A stretch of 56,401 bases of DNA, taken from positions 1 through 56,401 of the IMG/VR virus record IMGVR_UViG_3300005512_000043; one strand, 5' to 3'. The notes beneath the pieces are model-generated. The model did no database searches. It worked only from the letters and a program-made list of their open reading frames with translations, and was not told the origin of the DNA. The stretch is from a virus. Both the position numbers and the translations under genes were made by a program. Below, in pieces: positions 37,303 to 46,982 of this stretch (the stretch's first letter is position 1; the number at the start of each line of letters is the position of its first letter).

Positions 37303-38141
37303 GGCGTCTCCAACAGCTTGTCGTTGCCTGGGATGAATGGGAAACCTCCGAAGTTCACAAGGTTAGAGAACTTAGTTTTGCACGTTGCGGCTAGTTTATC
37401 GCAGCCCGCGCATACTGAGAACTCATCATCCACTGCTACGTCGAACGGCGTCTTAAGTTGAAGCTCAAATATGCCGAGGGTCTGTGTGTAAGTTTTCACC
37501 TCACTCGTTAACCCAGTGTTCGCTCCGACTGTCCAGGTGATAAGACCGTAATCGTAGTAGTTATCCGTCTGCGCAACGTTGTCACTCTGGAAGATCAAGC
37601 GCGAAGAATCCACAACAGTGACCACGCAGGCGGTGGTGAACGACGAAAGTGTCACGCCGCAGGCAGCGCTGCCGAGGCTCCAGCGGCATGTACGATTGTA
37701 GAGATCGCCTACACGTTGGTGCAATCTACGCGTGAGACCAGCGAGCGCAACTTCCCAGTGAGCGCCGGTATACGTAGCGGATTCCATCCAGTATACAGCG
37801 GTGAATATTGCGCCGGCGAACGGATAAAACCAGTCAACGATTCGCTCCGTCACTTTAGCGTCTTGGTACCGGCCCGCTCGTAGATCGTCGTGGGTGATAA
37901 GACTTGAATCGATCACACCTACTGCTTCTAAGTTTTGACTTTGAAGCTCAGGTTGTTTCTGTCGAGCAGACGCAGACAACCCGGAGACTGGCGAAAACGT
38001 TTCGCTCTCAAACTCCAACTCGCGGTCGTGATCGGTAAAGCGAAAAATCGTACCGTCAACCCGCTCTATCTCCCACAGCACCGCGAGACGCGCGGTCTTT
38101 GATTCAAGCAGTTGGCGCCGCGATTCAGTTACGTCAAACAT
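37299..38141 (-). CDS. DUF2163 (BR0599-like) tail protein, RcGTA g13-like (280 aa)
   Basis: ARLAVLWEIERVDGTIFRFTDHDRELEF is the characteristic N-terminal DUF2163 signature. Confidence 0.8.
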   Translation of the reverse strand: MFDVTESRRQLLESKTARLAVLWEIERVDGTIFRFTDHDRELEFESETFSPVSGLSASARQKQPELQSQNLEAVGVIDSSLITHDDLRAGRYQDAKVTERIVDWFYPFAGAIFTAVYWMESATYTGAHWEVALAGLTRRLHQRVGDLYNRTCRWSLGSAACGVTLSSFTTACVVTVVDSSRLIFQSDNVAQTDNYYDYGLITWTVGANTGLTSEVKTYTQTLGIFELQLKTPFDVAVDDEFSVCAGCDKLAATCKTKFSNLVNFGGFPFIPGNDKLLETP

Positions 38142-38367
38142 GGTAAGGGAACCGTTTATTCATCACAATCATACGAGTAATGCAACCGGGACAAGGCTTA
38201 ACGCCAACCGCGCTTGTCACTTTTTTCACTGTGTCACCTAAGCCGCGAGACGGACCGCAGTACGAAGCGCAAACCGAGCAAGTAAACGCCGTAATGTGAC
38301 CTTTGACGACGCCGATTTCGCACGTGCCCAATGCTTCACCTCTTGTCGCCCAGTGTTCACACGTCAT
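38134..38367 (-). CDS. Cys-rich small protein inserted in the tail block (77 aa)
   Basis: Start moved to the ATG at 38367, with ATGA overlap. MTCEHW...GTCEIG...FTCSVCASYCGPSRGLGDTVKKVTSAVGVKPCPGCITR contains 8 Cys and a GLGD...CxGC zinc-ribbon-like end. Confidence 0.55.
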   Translation of the reverse strand: MTCEHWATRGEALGTCEIGVVKGHITAFTCSVCASYCGPSRGLGDTVKKVTSAVGVKPCPGCITRMIVMNKRFPYHV

Positions 38368-39326
38368 GGCGTTGGCACAATGTAAAGGTGAGACGGGAAT
38401 GTAACCCCGAGCGAATCGAGAAAACACGATGATACCGAGTACAAAGTGTACACGCCTTCAATGCTCTCGCCCATGTATTTGCGGTATTGCACTTGGCTGT
38501 AAGTCAACGAAGGAGGCGGTATAACGCCAATGATGGAAATAGTGACTTGAATCCAGCACAAGCCGCCGCCTGCCGCACCGCGAAGATCTGCACCATGAGG
38601 TGTGATGGCGCTAGGTGAAAATACTCCATCCGTGTAATAGCTCAGCTTCCAATTTTTGAAGTTGAGAAAATTGCTTCCGGCTTGATCGCCTGACCCTTTA
38701 ATAAGGCCCGTGCCGTAAAATGCGCAATTCCAGTTCGTTAGAGTCCCGGGCGCAGTGTACGAGCCGCATGAGTTCGTACCGTAGCTGGCGAGCGCTGTAG
38801 GCCACGCCTCGATTGAAGCGTCGCTCAACGAAAACGAAGCGGTGTCTACATCTGGTGGACCGTCTACGTCGCACGTGTTTATCGGAGCGGGGTCGGGGTT
38901 ATGTTCGTCGTCGATAGGCTCGTCGTCAACAGGCCACCCGCCCGTCTCCTCGGACGGGACGCAAATCGACGCGCGACTTGCTGACATAAACCACGACTTG
39001 CCCGGCGTACTTTTTACCATCACGTGCCAGTCGCCGGCGGTATCCGAATTATCGGAAAGCACGACGGTCGCCATTTCATCTGCTGCCACTGTTCCAACGG
39101 TCACCCCGTCAGCGTTCTTGACGGTAAACGTCTCAGGACCAAGAGAGACGAAATAGTAATGCGGCCCTCCGGTCAATACGGTGCGAGCATCCGGGAGAGT
39201 GACTGTCTTACTCGCGGCGATATTGTAGAAAGTTTGACAGCGAGTCGCACTCTGCGATAGCGTCACATTCGCTGTTAACGCCGTATGCGTCGCCCCGCCC
39301 ATCCACTCTGCAAGACTGCTGCTCAT
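38364..39326 (-). CDS. Hypothetical tail-module protein (320 aa)
   Basis: It lies between the DUF2460 and DUF2163 genes, which are adjacent in RcGTA-type clusters. Its N-terminal ~85 aa repeat the C-terminal domain of the preceding DUF2460 protein. Confidence 0.65.
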   Translation of the reverse strand: MSSSLAEWMGGATHTALTANVTLSQSATRCQTFYNIAASKTVTLPDARTVLTGGPHYYFVSLGPETFTVKNADGVTVGTVAADEMATVVLSDNSDTAGDWHVMVKSTPGKSWFMSASRASICVPSEETGGWPVDDEPIDDEHNPDPAPINTCDVDGPPDVDTASFSLSDASIEAWPTALASYGTNSCGSYTAPGTLTNWNCAFYGTGLIKGSGDQAGSNFLNFKNWKLSYYTDGVFSPSAITPHGADLRGAAGGGLCWIQVTISIIGVIPPPSLTYSQVQYRKYMGESIEGVYTLYSVSSCFLDSLGVTFPSHLYIVPTP

Positions 39327-40285
39327 TTAACGTACCACGTCAAAGCGCCACTTGCGCTCTTAGAGTTAACGACGACGACACCCTCCCCGGGCATGACTAC
39401 GAGAATCGGGGTTTCATCGTACTCCGCAAGGGTGAACGACTCGGTGTCATCGATGTTGATGATGTAGAAGAACGGGCCGCCGTCAGGGTAGCTACTCGCT
39501 TGCGGTAGCTTTACAAGATACCCACTGTTAGTTGGCTCAAATACCCAGACGCGGGCGGTCAATGGGTTGATAAGAACATTCGCGGCGAGGCACGCCTCGT
39601 ACGATCCTCCGTACCAGTACGCGTAGTTGATGTCAGCGTTCGCGGCGTCTTCTTTAACCTCGATCAACGGAATACTGGGTATGCCACCGCCTTCAAAGAA
39701 CTCGTGTGAAGCAACGAGCGCTTCATCCGCCTCTTCTCCAAAGCGCACAGGCACATCGAACTCGTAGCCCGCGGTGACATCCAAACCGTCGCCGGGGGCG
39801 GCAGTGAATGTCACGATCCCGGTCGTGGTGTCAACAGTCCAGCCGGCCGCCTGGTTCACCCCGTCAATGCCAATCAGAACGGAGGCCGCAACCGGCTTTG
39901 TGATCGCACGAGTGTGACTTTCAGATCCGCTGGTGTAGACTTTCGCCAGCTGAAACGTAGTCGTGCTCGCGTCGCCGACTCCAATCGTTTGATCGTCAAA
40001 CGCGTGAGCTGAAATGCCATCGCTTGCGGAGGTGAAGTCTGAAAAGTCTTTGTACCGGAAGCCGTGAGCTGCACCCATGCGAGCCATAAAGAACGTTTTG
40101 ACTTCTGCTAGGTGCTCTTGGGATTTAACCCCAAAGCTCACATCGAATTGATGACGGGCTCCGCTCCATCTGGCCACTCGCTGCTCCGACCCACTGTCGA
40201 GAACCACAATATCCGTGCTAAACCCCGGGCCGCCGCGGCTGCCGTAGCTGATATTCGTGGGAAATTGTACCTCGTGAAAGGCCAT
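39323..40285 (-). CDS. DUF2460 distal tail protein, RcGTA g12-like, with an extra C-terminal domain (320 aa)
   Basis: MAFHEVQFPTNISYGSRGGPGFSTDIVVLDSGSEQRVARWSGARHQFDV is the canonical DUF2460 N-terminus. It follows the tape measure gene directly. Confidence 0.85.
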   Translation of the reverse strand: MAFHEVQFPTNISYGSRGGPGFSTDIVVLDSGSEQRVARWSGARHQFDVSFGVKSQEHLAEVKTFFMARMGAAHGFRYKDFSDFTSASDGISAHAFDDQTIGVGDASTTTFQLAKVYTSGSESHTRAITKPVAASVLIGIDGVNQAAGWTVDTTTGIVTFTAAPGDGLDVTAGYEFDVPVRFGEEADEALVASHEFFEGGGIPSIPLIEVKEDAANADINYAYWYGGSYEACLAANVLINPLTARVWVFEPTNSGYLVKLPQASSYPDGGPFFYIINIDDTESFTLAEYDETPILVVMPGEGVVVVNSKSASGALTWYVK

Positions 40286-40286
40286 G

Positions 40287-43200
40287 TCACGTGCTCCTCA
40301 CGGCGCTCTGACCGATTCGCTGCAGGTCGGCTGCTATCTGTCGACGCGAGCGACGGAAGCTATCCGCATCCTTCGCGTGAACGTGCATGGTGACGTTCAC
40401 AGTGGTGCCGCCGCCTGCTACGCCGAGGTTGCCGGCCTCGTCTCGCTGAAGCGGTAGAATTGCCTCGGGACCAGCCTCCCCGGCCAAGCCTCGCCCGCTG
40501 CCCATCGGAAACGTAATAGGCCGATCAATGATACCACCGTGAGCGAATGGCGCTACGGGCGTCTTCGCCGGTACAGGGGACAAGCCACCGAGCAAGCTCG
40601 TAAAGACATTCGACGCTAGATTAGCGAGAGGCTGCGTGATTTGCTGTCGCACGAACATCTCGAGGATCGTCATTCCGAGATTACGCATCACGTCGGCTAC
40701 GCTGTTAGCGCCCAGGATGATCTCGGTGAACGCATCTTCAAACGCCGACTCGATGGCTTGCGCAGCTCGCTCGATGTCTTTTGCGCTATCACTGAGTGCG
40801 TCAACCTCGATCTTCGCCGCTTTCTTGGCAGCGCGTACTCGAGCTTCTTCCTTGTCAATGAGCTGCTGGTTCAGCTCGAGTTCCTTGCGGAGCGCGTCGA
40901 GCTTTGCATCAATGCCCTCAACCCCGACCTTTTCCATTTGCCGACGTAGATTCCACAGAGTCGCCGCGATGCGCTGCTGATCAGAGTCGAGACCGATCCA
41001 CTCTCGCTCGGCCCTCGTGCGGCTCATGAGTTCGTTGTAGCTCTGCTTGATCTGCAGACGCTGACGATCTAACTCGAGTTCCGCTTGTTTCTCGGCGCGC
41101 GTCTGAATCGTGAGCTGTAGCCGCTGGCGAATCAAGTCGAGCGATTCTTCGTCGAGCTTGATGCCGGCGTCCTTCGCGAGCTTCTGGGCCTGCAAGAGAC
41201 CTAACTCTACCTCACGCTCGTCCGCGGTCATCCCGGCGAGTCTCAACTCGAGGCCGAGTTGGCTTATGTAGGCATAGAACGTACGAGCTTTCTTTTCCAT
41301 GGCCGCGAAGGCCTTCTCATCGGCCTCTTCATCGAACATCCCCGCCATTTCACCACCGGCCTCCGCAGCCTTTTCGCGTGTATCCTCGAGCGCCTTGTTG
41401 AGAGCGATGATGCGCTCCTCGATCGCGGCAATAAGCGGCTCAACCTTTACGAAGTCCCGTTGCACCGGAACGGGCATATCCTCATACTCGGGCATCGACT
41501 CGCCGAAAAGACCCGTCCACTCATCCGGCGTAGGAACCGTGCGACCCGTAGGACGCGGGCGCGTGACAATCGGTTGAGCAGCCTGCTGAACCGCCTCGAC
41601 GGCCCAGATACCCAACTGCTTGGCCGTCGCCTCATAGTCTTCGTAATGAAGCTCGCCCGATTGGCGCTTTCTCAGCCCCGGCCCCTCCCACCATCGACGC
41701 TCGTCACCCGGCTCTTCAAGAACTTCTCGAAGCGCAATAGACGCGTCCTTCAGCGCCACGATCTGCGCCTGGATTGCTCCGACTTGATCTCGTAGATCTC
41801 GAACCTCAAGCGCCCTATTCAGGCGAGCCTGTGCGTCCGCAAATCGTTCCACGGCACCGGCGGCATCGGTCGCCGCGTCCTGGTAGAGACGCATGCTATC
41901 CGTCGCTCCGAACAACTCTTCCTTGAACGAATAGAGCAAACCTATGACCGCGGATAGCGCTACTGCGAGTACGCCCAGAGGATTCGTCATCAGTGCGTAC
42001 TTGAGCGCGAACAGCGCGTACGATACAGATTGAATCGCCCCGACCATCGCGACGAACCACCCGATGAGCTTCAAGGCCATGAACGCCATGAACGCTACGG
42101 CCACCGTGGTAATTGCCTTACCGAGCACTACGGCAGTGAGCGACAGCTCGAGACCCTCCTTGTTCAGACCGAGCATCGCGCGACCAGTCTGCGTGATCAG
42201 GTCAACGGACGTTCGCAGTAAGCCCGCGAAACCGGCGTCACCAAGCGAGTGGTACGCTTCCTCGATCGTTGACTTGAGATTGCGGAACGAGCCACCGAGC
42301 GTGTTCTCCATGGCTCGAGCCTGAGCCTCCGCGGCTCCCTGATTGCGGATGATAACCTCGGTAAGCTCTTCGATTTCATCCGCGCTGCGCGACAGGATCA
42401 AGGCAGCCGCCGCGTTTCGTCTGCCGAAGATCGTAACTGCGTCCGCAGCGCCGAGATTGGCCTCCCCAAGCGCCCGCATGGAACCAATGATACCGTGTCG
42501 CTGCGGATCAACGTCTCGTAGCTTGAGCCCGAGCTTCTCGATGCGCTCCTTCGCGGCGTCTACCGGCCCGAGAAGCGCTGCGAAAACGCCTCGCAGATTC
42601 GTGCCAGCCATCGTCGCCTGAATGCCGCTGTCGCCGAGCTTGCCGATAGCGGCTGACGTTTCCTCGACGGTGATACCGAGTGCGCCAGACACTGGGCCGA
42701 CCATCTTCATTGCCTCGGCGAGCTGACGTACGTCGGTGTTCGCGTTGTTCGCGGTTACCACGAGCGCGTCGACGACTCTGTTGAGGTTTGCCGCCTGCCC
42801 AGCCGCGTCCTCGACGTTGAGCTGGAACTGACTCATGATGTTCGACGCGATGTCGGCCGCCTCGCCGAGCTCAAGAGAGCCCGCGGTCGCCAGAGTCAAG
42901 GTTCCGCGAACGGCACCGAGCGCCTGATCTACCGTGAAGCCTGCTCGCGCGAGAAACAGCAAAGCGTCACCTGCCTGTGACGCAGTGTAGCGAGTCGTAG
43001 CGCCGAGCAAACGCGCGGTCTTAGTGAGTTCTGCGAATTGAGTCTCGGTGGCCCCGGTGACCGCCTTAACGGTAGCCATCGTGTCCTGAAACTCTACGAG
43101 GATCGTCGTGGCTTGCTTGAGAACGAGAAAGGCTGTAAAGCCTGCGGCTAGAGCCTTGATCTTCGTAGCGGCTGATGAAGCGGCTTCTCCGCCTTGCTTC

Positions 43201-43340
43201 ATCGCCCGCGTCGTGCGATCAGTCGCGGCGGCGGCGGCTGTTGCAGACGCAGCTACACGACTCGTAGCCGCCGACGCCTGAGCGGCGCCGGCAACCATCT
43301 TCCGCGCATCAAGACCTAATCTCAGACTTTCTTCGGCCAC
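40287..43340 (-). CDS. Tail tape measure protein (1017 aa)
   Basis: Its size, position after the G/GT chaperones, long helical Ala/Glu/Arg-rich sequence and central hydrophobic block (VVLGKAITTVAVAFMAFMALKLIGWFVAMVGAI...) all fit. Confidence 0.88.
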   Translation of the reverse strand: MAEESLRLGLDARKMVAGAAQASAATSRVAASATAAAAATDRTTRAMKQGGEAASSAATKIKALAAGFTAFLVLKQATTILVEFQDTMATVKAVTGATETQFAELTKTARLLGATTRYTASQAGDALLFLARAGFTVDQALGAVRGTLTLATAGSLELGEAADIASNIMSQFQLNVEDAAGQAANLNRVVDALVVTANNANTDVRQLAEAMKMVGPVSGALGITVEETSAAIGKLGDSGIQATMAGTNLRGVFAALLGPVDAAKERIEKLGLKLRDVDPQRHGIIGSMRALGEANLGAADAVTIFGRRNAAAALILSRSADEIEELTEVIIRNQGAAEAQARAMENTLGGSFRNLKSTIEEAYHSLGDAGFAGLLRTSVDLITQTGRAMLGLNKEGLELSLTAVVLGKAITTVAVAFMAFMALKLIGWFVAMVGAIQSVSYALFALKYALMTNPLGVLAVALSAVIGLLYSFKEELFGATDSMRLYQDAATDAAGAVERFADAQARLNRALEVRDLRDQVGAIQAQIVALKDASIALREVLEEPGDERRWWEGPGLRKRQSGELHYEDYEATAKQLGIWAVEAVQQAAQPIVTRPRPTGRTVPTPDEWTGLFGESMPEYEDMPVPVQRDFVKVEPLIAAIEERIIALNKALEDTREKAAEAGGEMAGMFDEEADEKAFAAMEKKARTFYAYISQLGLELRLAGMTADEREVELGLLQAQKLAKDAGIKLDEESLDLIRQRLQLTIQTRAEKQAELELDRQRLQIKQSYNELMSRTRAEREWIGLDSDQQRIAATLWNLRRQMEKVGVEGIDAKLDALRKELELNQQLIDKEEARVRAAKKAAKIEVDALSDSAKDIERAAQAIESAFEDAFTEIILGANSVADVMRNLGMTILEMFVRQQITQPLANLASNVFTSLLGGLSPVPAKTPVAPFAHGGIIDRPITFPMGSGRGLAGEAGPEAILPLQRDEAGNLGVAGGGTTVNVTMHVHAKDADSFRRSRRQIAADLQRIGQSAVRST

Positions 43341-44096
43341 GCGTTGCGCTCCTGCGCTTCTCAGCCTTGTCGTGGAATACCTTCACGTAGGCTGAGTCCA
43401 TCGCAGCGATCATCGCGTGCAAGTACTGACGCAGATCGCTACTGATTACTTCGTTTAAGTCGCACCACGCGGTAAACTCGATGAGCGCGATTCGCTGGGG
43501 CCCGGCCTGGTTATACTCTCGCAGCGCCGAGAGCTTAAAGAAGACCGACCAGACGTAAAGTAAGTCTTCTCTGAGCTCCGGCCTGCGGTCTAGAGCCGGA
43601 GTAGGGAGTCCCTTCACGCGTCTCTTCTCAAGAACGTGAAGGAACTCTCCCCACTCCAGCTCCCAGGTCAGGCACTCGATAAGTTTCCCGCGTCTTCCTC
43701 CTCAGCTTCCTCGCGGAACAACGCTTCGTCGGAGGCGAACTGCAGAATGAGCTCGTAGAAGTCCTGATACGCCGGATCTTCCAGCAACTCCTCGGCCTTC
43801 TGCTGCGAATACGGGATGACCTCACCGTCGCTCGTAAAGCCCTCCCAGTCGAGGAGAACATGTCGAGCCATGGCTTTCTTCATCGCTCGCGTTCGCAGCT
43901 CGGGGTCCTGCGTTCGCCGAATCGTTGAGCCAGAGATACGACGCCCGGTAACTCCCATGAGCTCAGCCAGACAGGCTTGGTACGCGGGATTACCGAGACG
44001 CGCGACTCTAACTCGCACGCTGCCGTCCGGGTCAACGTCGACCCAAACGCCCTTCTTGGCTTTGTCGAGATCGGTGCGGAACTGTTTGATGTCCAT
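43309..44096 (-). CDS. Tail assembly chaperone GT fusion produced by a -1 programmed frameshift
   Basis: The zero frame reads ...GAC GCG GGA AAC TTA... A -1 slip on G GGA AAC continues as GGG AAA CTT ATC GAG TGC CTG ACC TGG... with no stop, running into ORF 43309-43617 (VKGLPTPALDRRPELRED...). Confidence 0.75.
43668..44096 (-). CDS. Tail assembly chaperone G (142 aa)
   Basis: Start moved to the ATG at 44096 (MDIKQFRTDLDK...), with AGGAG upstream. It has an acidic C-terminus and sits between the major tail and tape measure genes. Confidence 0.75.
   Translation of the reverse strand: MDIKQFRTDLDKAKKGVWVDVDPDGSVRVRVARLGNPAYQACLAELMGVTGRRISGSTIRRTQDPELRTRAMKKAMARHVLLDWEGFTSDGEVIPYSQQKAEELLEDPAYQDFYELILQFASDEALFREEAEEEDAGNLSSA
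43683..43689 (-). promoter_or_regulatory. Slippery heptamer GGGAAAC (-1 ribosomal frameshift site)
   Basis: It has X XXY YYZ phasing in the G frame (G GGA AAC), 13 nt before the G stop codon. Lambda G/GT uses GGGAAAG at the equivalent place. Confidence 0.7.
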
Positions 44097-44110
44097 GACT
44101 GCTCCTGTTC

Positions 44111-45271
44111 TTATGCTGCCGCGAACCGCGCGATGCGCATCGTGATTCCCTCGGTCGCGTGTCTGTACGCGCGCCACGTGAGGTCCGCGATGATGTCGGT
44201 CTCTTCGCCGCCGGCAACTCGCTGGCCCGTACCGTACTTGATTCGCGGCCAGTCTAAGATGTAAGCGTTACCGGCGTCATCGGTCACGCGAACCGAGAGC
44301 GAACTCTCGGTCTGGTCCAAGTACTTGTCCATCAGCGTCGCCGTGGCGAAGTACTGCTGCAGTACGCCGGTGACGTTACACTTGCCGGCGCCGTAGCCCA
44401 CGGGTCCGAGATTCGCGATCTGCGGCTTGCCGCGAAGCCCGTTTGCAAGGGCAAAGTTGAGCTGCGTAATGCTGATAGACGCAGCGTTCTCAAGGGCCTC
44501 GGCGACGTTGTCAATCGAGTTCATCACCTCGTTCGTGTTCGCATCTGTGATGGCCGTGCTGAACACCGTGCTGGTCGTCGAGTCTTCGTCCTTGCCGGCG
44601 AAGCCCAGAGACCCAGTGATGATGTTGTCGGACGGAATCTCAAGCGAAAGAGTATCGACCGTCATACCCGAGAAGAGCGCATAGGTCGATGCAATATCTG
44701 AATAACCGCGCTCGAGCGTGTAGTGATTGAACGTCGTACCGTTGACGATCTGCGGGCCCATCTTGTACGTCAGAGCGACCGGCCCTTCGGTAACCGAAGA
44801 GCTGTTCGTGGTCGTAATACTCGCGCCGCTGCCTCCGACCGCGGTGATCTTAAAGTAACCGTTGTTCGCCGCATTCGACGCACCGGTGATCTTCACCCAC
44901 TGATTCGCGGCCATGCTGGAGAAAGGCGTACCAGCCGCAGCGGTATAAATGCCATCGCCGTTGCCGACGCTCGTGGACTCAGCAGCCACATCCACGACGC
45001 TGGACCAGGCCGACGCGAACAAAGCCGCCTGGAAGAAGTCGTCCAGTGTACCGTAACTCAGCTCGAACCCGAGATCACCCATCGCTCGGATGCTCGTGCG
45101 AATGACATCCGTGATCTGCCGGTCGTCTCGAATCTCCTTTGAGGTTACAACGGTCGTGTCCTGTCGCAGAGACTCACTGGTGAATCGTAGCTCCTGCCCG
45201 GTTGTTGCCGAGAGTACTCCATACGAGTCCTCCTCAGCGTAAGCCAGTCGTACGCGATCTGCATCGCTCAT
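44111..45271 (-). CDS. Major tail (tube) protein candidate (386 aa)
   Basis: Its position immediately upstream of the G/GT chaperone pair and downstream of the tail terminator is the conserved siphovirus order. No enzymatic motifs were seen. Confidence 0.65.
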   Translation of the reverse strand: MSDADRVRLAYAEEDSYGVLSATTGQELRFTSESLRQDTTVVTSKEIRDDRQITDVIRTSIRAMGDLGFELSYGTLDDFFQAALFASAWSSVVDVAAESTSVGNGDGIYTAAAGTPFSSMAANQWVKITGASNAANNGYFKITAVGGSGASITTTNSSSVTEGPVALTYKMGPQIVNGTTFNHYTLERGYSDIASTYALFSGMTVDTLSLEIPSDNIITGSLGFAGKDEDSTTSTVFSTAITDANTNEVMNSIDNVAEALENAASISITQLNFALANGLRGKPQIANLGPVGYGAGKCNVTGVLQQYFATATLMDKYLDQTESSLSVRVTDDAGNAYILDWPRIKYGTGQRVAGGEETDIIADLTWRAYRHATEGITMRIARFAAA

Positions 45272-45285
45272 GGCGTGTCTCCTAC

Positions 45286-45684
45286 TTAGGACACTTCATC
45301 GGAATAGAACGGGCAAATCACGTCGATCTGCCACTCGTTCTGGTCCCTTCCTCGTTCTTCGATTCGAGGCATCTGATACGTAACTTGATTCGCACTCACC
45401 GCGCGAAAAGCTGCCGCAATCCAATCTGCCATTTCGGTAGCGTCTGCGTCCCCTTCATTCACAGGATCGAACACCTGCGCAACAATTAAACCGGTGACCC
45501 TCTGGCGCTTCGTGCCGCCGGTCTCGACCTGCCGTGACTCGCCAAACTGAAGCGTGCAGCGAACCCACAGCGCCTCGGGTCGCTCGAACGGATGATCGCC
45601 GTACTGCACCTTAACATCACGAGTCACGCCGATCTCAGCGTTAAAACGTCGACGAATCGCTTGTTTAATCTCAGCATGCGTCAC
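45286..45684 (-). CDS. Tail terminator-like protein (132 aa)
   Basis: Position and size fit. The pattern WVRCTLQFGESRQ...RVTGLIVAQVF...WQIDVICPFYSD resembles DUF4128/gpU-like terminators. GTGA overlap upstream. Confidence 0.55.
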   Translation of the reverse strand: MTHAEIKQAIRRRFNAEIGVTRDVKVQYGDHPFERPEALWVRCTLQFGESRQVETGGTKRQRVTGLIVAQVFDPVNEGDADATEMADWIAAAFRAVSANQVTYQMPRIEERGRDQNEWQIDVICPFYSDEVS

Positions 45685-46088
45685 TTGAGCATCCTCATGA
45701 TCTGAATGAGATCGTTGACCGTGACTCTAAACATACCCTTCGGCGCCTGCTTCTTCGAGTGACCTTCCTCGAGTCGCACGATATACTCGACGTTATTCGC
45801 GATCCATACTACACAACCGAACGGTAGACTGCCGAGTTTCTCAAGGCCCTTTCCGATTGTCGCCGCGCCCTTCTTATCCTTATCGTCGATCTGGCCCTTT
45901 GGTCTCGCGTTTATCGCGAGCTGCCAGCCGCCGCGAGCACGTCCAGTCCTGACTGGCGTACGCAGAACGAGGCGCCTGAGAGCCTCTAGTGCCAGCGTAC
46001 GCTGAAGCAACCGGCCTCGTTCAACGCCGTGTTTCTTCGTCCAAGCGATGATGCGCCTGTTGAACTCGCGTACCTCGTGGCTCGGCAC
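45681..46088 (-). CDS. HK97 gp10-family head-tail joining protein (135 aa)
   Basis: LVLRTPVRTGRARGGWQL is the HK97 gp10 TPVdTGrlrgsW signature. GTG start. Confidence 0.7.
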   Translation of the reverse strand: MPSHEVREFNRRIIAWTKKHGVERGRLLQRTLALEALRRLVLRTPVRTGRARGGWQLAINARPKGQIDDKDKKGAATIGKGLEKLGSLPFGCVVWIANNVEYIVRLEEGHSKKQAPKGMFRVTVNDLIQIMRMLK

Positions 46089-46092
46089 ATCG

Positions 46093-46464
46093 CTACCTCC
46101 GAAGTTGCAAGCGATACGCGGCTATGTCATCGCCAGACCGAAGCGTCTCAATGCTGACTACCTGCCATGTCTGTCCGCTTACTGCAACCTTCGTATCTTC
46201 AGTCGGTGTTACTGCGAGACCTTGACCGGCGATGAAGCAATAGCAGTCTCCGCGCAGCACTACGTCGCCGTCGATCGTGTCCTCCGTATACTCAAGCAGC
46301 GGCGAAATCGTAACCGATGTCTCGGTTTCACCGCCGTGAATGACGTCACCATGCTCCACGTCGAACGCCGGCGAATCACGAGTCAATAGAGTCGCTGAAA
46401 CTCCAACGCGGTTGAGTACGCTGGCGACCTTAGGCACCACCTTTGCATCGAGCTCCGTCGTCAT
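46093..46464 (-). CDS. Head closure / head-tail joining protein candidate (123 aa)
   Basis: It sits between the adaptor and the gp10-like gene, is beta-rich, and ends with WQVVSIETLRSGDDIAAYRLQLRR, typical of SPP1 gp16-like proteins. Confidence 0.5.
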   Translation of the reverse strand: MTTELDAKVVPKVASVLNRVGVSATLLTRDSPAFDVEHGDVIHGGETETSVTISPLLEYTEDTIDGDVVLRGDCYCFIAGQGLAVTPTEDTKVAVSGQTWQVVSIETLRSGDDIAAYRLQLRR

Positions 46465-46979
46465 GCTCGTCTGAGCTCCGTCGGGCTCTCGACCAAGTCG
46501 GTAATCAGCCGATCCACAATCACAAACTTCGTTCCAGCGGGCTCAGCGCCCGCAAACTTCTGATTCAATTCGATGGGACCGATCTTGATCTTCTCTGACT
46601 CGAGCGACGAGCTAGTCGCTTGGTCGGGCATGATTCCATCGGTCTCTGTAATGTGACGCAACGCCATCTCTGCCGTTGCGTCCACAAGAGCTTGTGGTAG
46701 CGCGTCGCTGTCGAAAGCATAGCCGTCTCGATCTTCGGCACCGGAACGCGGCCAGTCGAGCGCTTGATCGGTGTTCGCTCGAAGACCCTTCCACCGCTGA
46801 CCGTACTTCAGGTCGAGATACTGCGTCGCAAGACGCAGCGCCTCTTCCTTGTCGCTCGTCGAGGCGCCCGACCAATCAGTCGAGTTACCATGAGCGGCGA
46901 CGTACGTGTCAGCGTCAGCTTCGCTCAGGTAGCTGTCAGCGTCGTCCTTGCCGGTTCCGTCTTCGACAGTAAGCGCCAT
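46461..46979 (-). CDS. Head-tail adaptor (gp6-like connector, 172 aa)
   Basis: SYLSEADADTYVAAHGNSTDWSGASTSDKEEALRLATQYLDLKYGQRWKG matches the phage gp6-like adaptor N-terminal pattern. Confidence 0.65.
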   Translation of the reverse strand: MALTVEDGTGKDDADSYLSEADADTYVAAHGNSTDWSGASTSDKEEALRLATQYLDLKYGQRWKGLRANTDQALDWPRSGAEDRDGYAFDSDALPQALVDATAEMALRHITETDGIMPDQATSSSLESEKIKIGPIELNQKFAGAEPAGTKFVIVDRLITDLVESPTELRRA

Positions 46980-46982
46980 GAG

